Source: Thermodesulfobacteriota bacterium
Lineage (GTDB): Bacteria > Desulfobacterota > BSN033 > UBA1163
Direction: 5' to 3'
Length of the DNA: 64,000 nt
Assembly (NCBI GenBank): GCA_026415035.1
Contig: JAOAHX010000008.1
Coordinates: 16,270 to 80,269, forward strand
Under the pieces are notes generated by a model. It was not told the origin of the DNA, made no database searches, and worked only from the letters and a program-made list of their open reading frames with translations. Numbering within the stretch: position 1 is the first letter of the stretch; the number at the start of each line of letters is the position of its first letter. Position numbers and translations under genes: made by a program. Positions 63,086 to 64,000 of this stretch are shown piece after piece.

Positions 63086-64000
63086 ATGAAAACCCTACTC
63101 TTGAAATATCTGAAGTACGCCCTGATCGGAATGGCCTTCCTCTTCGTCATCCTGCTGGCCTTTGCTCTGGTCCTTCTCCTCAACTGGCCCTGGTGGATGG
63201 GGTTCTTCTTGGTCCTCTTCCTCCTCGCTCTGGGCGTCCTCTTCCTCCTTCTGAGAAAGATCTGGCTCAAACGGAGAGAGGAGAGGTTCGTCCAGCAGGT
63301 GATCGAGCAGGACGAATCGAACCTCAAGGCCCTATCGGGCAAGGAGAAAGACGACCTCAAGGAGCTGCAACTCCGATGGAAGGAGGCGGTGGAGGCCCTG
63401 AGGCGATCCCATCTGAGGAAGTATGGGAATCCCCTGTACGTCCTTCCCTGGTATATGGTGCTGGGAGAAAGCGGGTCGGGAAAGACGACGGCCATCACCA
63501 GTGCCCGCCTCTCTTCTCCCTTCGCCGAGGTGAGTCGAACCTCTGGGCTATCGGGAACCAAGAACGTCGATTGGTGGTTCTTCGAACAGGCCATCATCCT
63601 CGACACCGCAGGGAGGTACGCCATCCCCATCGATGAAGGACGAGACAAGGAGGAGTGGCAGAAATTCCTGTCGCTGCTCGTCCGATACCGGAGAAAGGAG
63701 CCCCTACACGGCCTGATCATTGCCGTGGCGGCCGATCGACTTCTCGAAGGTCGAGCCGAGGCCCTCGAAGAGGATGGGAAGCAGATTCGGCGCAGGATCG
63801 ACGAATTGATGAGGGTCCTCGGGGCCAAATTTCCCGTCTATGTCCTGGTGACTAAATGCGATCTGGTCCAGGGGATGACCCAGTTCTGCGAGCAGCTCCC
63901 GGAGAAGAGCCTCGACCAGCCCATGGGATACATCAACCAGGATCTCCAAACCGATGTGGTCACGGTGCTGGAGAAGGCCTTTCAGTCCATCGGTGAGCGC
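63086..64000 (+). CDS. tssM: type VI secretion membrane protein TssM (IcmF family), 3'-truncated by window end
   Basis: N-terminal TM hairpin, then LPWYMVLGESGSGKTT (Walker A) and DTAGRY. The ORF continues to the window end. TGATG-type coupling with tssL. Confidence 0.85.
   Translation, partial: MKTLLLKYLKYALIGMAFLFVILLAFALVLLLNWPWWMGFFLVLFLLALGVLFLLLRKIWLKRREERFVQQVIEQDESNLKALSGKEKDDLKELQLRWKEAVEALRRSHLRKYGNPLYVLPWYMVLGESGSGKTTAITSARLSSPFAEVSRTSGLSGTKNVDWWFFEQAIILDTAGRYAIPIDEGRDKEEWQKFLSLLVRYRRKEPLHGLIIAVAADRLLEGRAEALEEDGKQIRRRIDELMRVLGAKFPVYVLVTKCDLVQGMTQFCEQLPEKSLDQPMGYINQDLQTDVVTVLEKAFQSIGER

Noticed and set aside
63031-63828. 265-aa - strand ORF
   Set aside because: Antisense to tssM, whose frame carries the Walker A and TM features.
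1-64000. CRISPR arrays, IS elements/transposases, integrases, rRNA/tRNA genes
   Set aside because: None of their sequence hallmarks were seen anywhere in the window.

Overview
Raw-sequence reading of one 64 kb window of a high-GC, densely coded bacterial chromosome. The cell envelope is Gram-negative in type (outer-membrane beta-barrel protein, lipoproteins, TonB, type VI secretion parts). I saw no rRNA, tRNA, CRISPR array, transposase or integrase. Supportable content, in order:
- 1-9.9 kb: Ser/Thr kinase, trypsin-like protease, PP2C phosphatase and a double-FHA protein. They are flanked by three proteins with CsgG/LpoB-like domains and one outer-membrane barrel. Directly downstream is a 521-aa protein whose N-terminus looks like the T6SS sheath subunit TssB.
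- 9.97-10.23 kb: a cobalamin riboswitch with a terminator, driving tonB and a BtuFCD-like ABC importer.
- 13.9-21.8 kb: ilvA; a NYN/OST-HTH protein; a secreted beta-propeller protein; a LemA-DUF2207 pair; an AmmeMemoRadiSam-like radical SAM enzyme with a Tat-like N-terminus.
- 22.2-26.8 kb: a minus-strand operon of an ATP-grasp::methyltransferase fusion, a YdjC-family deacetylase, a GT4 glycosyltransferase and a DUF523/DUF1722 protein.
- 27.1-28.3 kb: a lower-GC islet with an AAA/DUF4143 ATPase.
- 28.3-36.5 kb: an attEFGH-like ABC plus AttH lipoprotein set; KorAB 2-oxoacid:ferredoxin oxidoreductase; a ZIP zinc transporter.
- 36.5-38.5 kb: a DUF3365 heme-domain protein, then a hidden 54-aa Cys-containing peptide gene (below the ORF-track cutoff). 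The peptide gene overlaps the start of a radical SAM/SPASM enzyme carrying an N-terminal PqqD-like peptide-recognition domain. This is the most interesting item: a putative RiPP locus.
- 38.6-44.4 kb: a TAXI-TRAP transporter interrupted by a LarA-like gene.
- 44.4-48.6 kb: myo-inositol-1-phosphate synthase, divergent from a B12-radical SAM / MBL hydrolase / amidohydrolase operon.
- 48.8-54.4 kb: a DppABCDF-like peptide ABC system.
- 54.4-55.9 kb: an AT-rich islet with two paralogous small membrane proteins and an orphan CheY-like receiver.
- 55.9-58.0 kb: bioY-ecfA-ecfT with an inverted-repeat operator.
- 58.1-59.0 kb: a holin-like gene and a rubrerythrin-like gene.
- 59.1-64.0 kb: a sigma70-like promoter, two unknown genes, then tssJ-tssK-tssL-tssM, with tssM running off the window end.
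All calls rest on motif and architecture recognition from the translations; no database search was possible.
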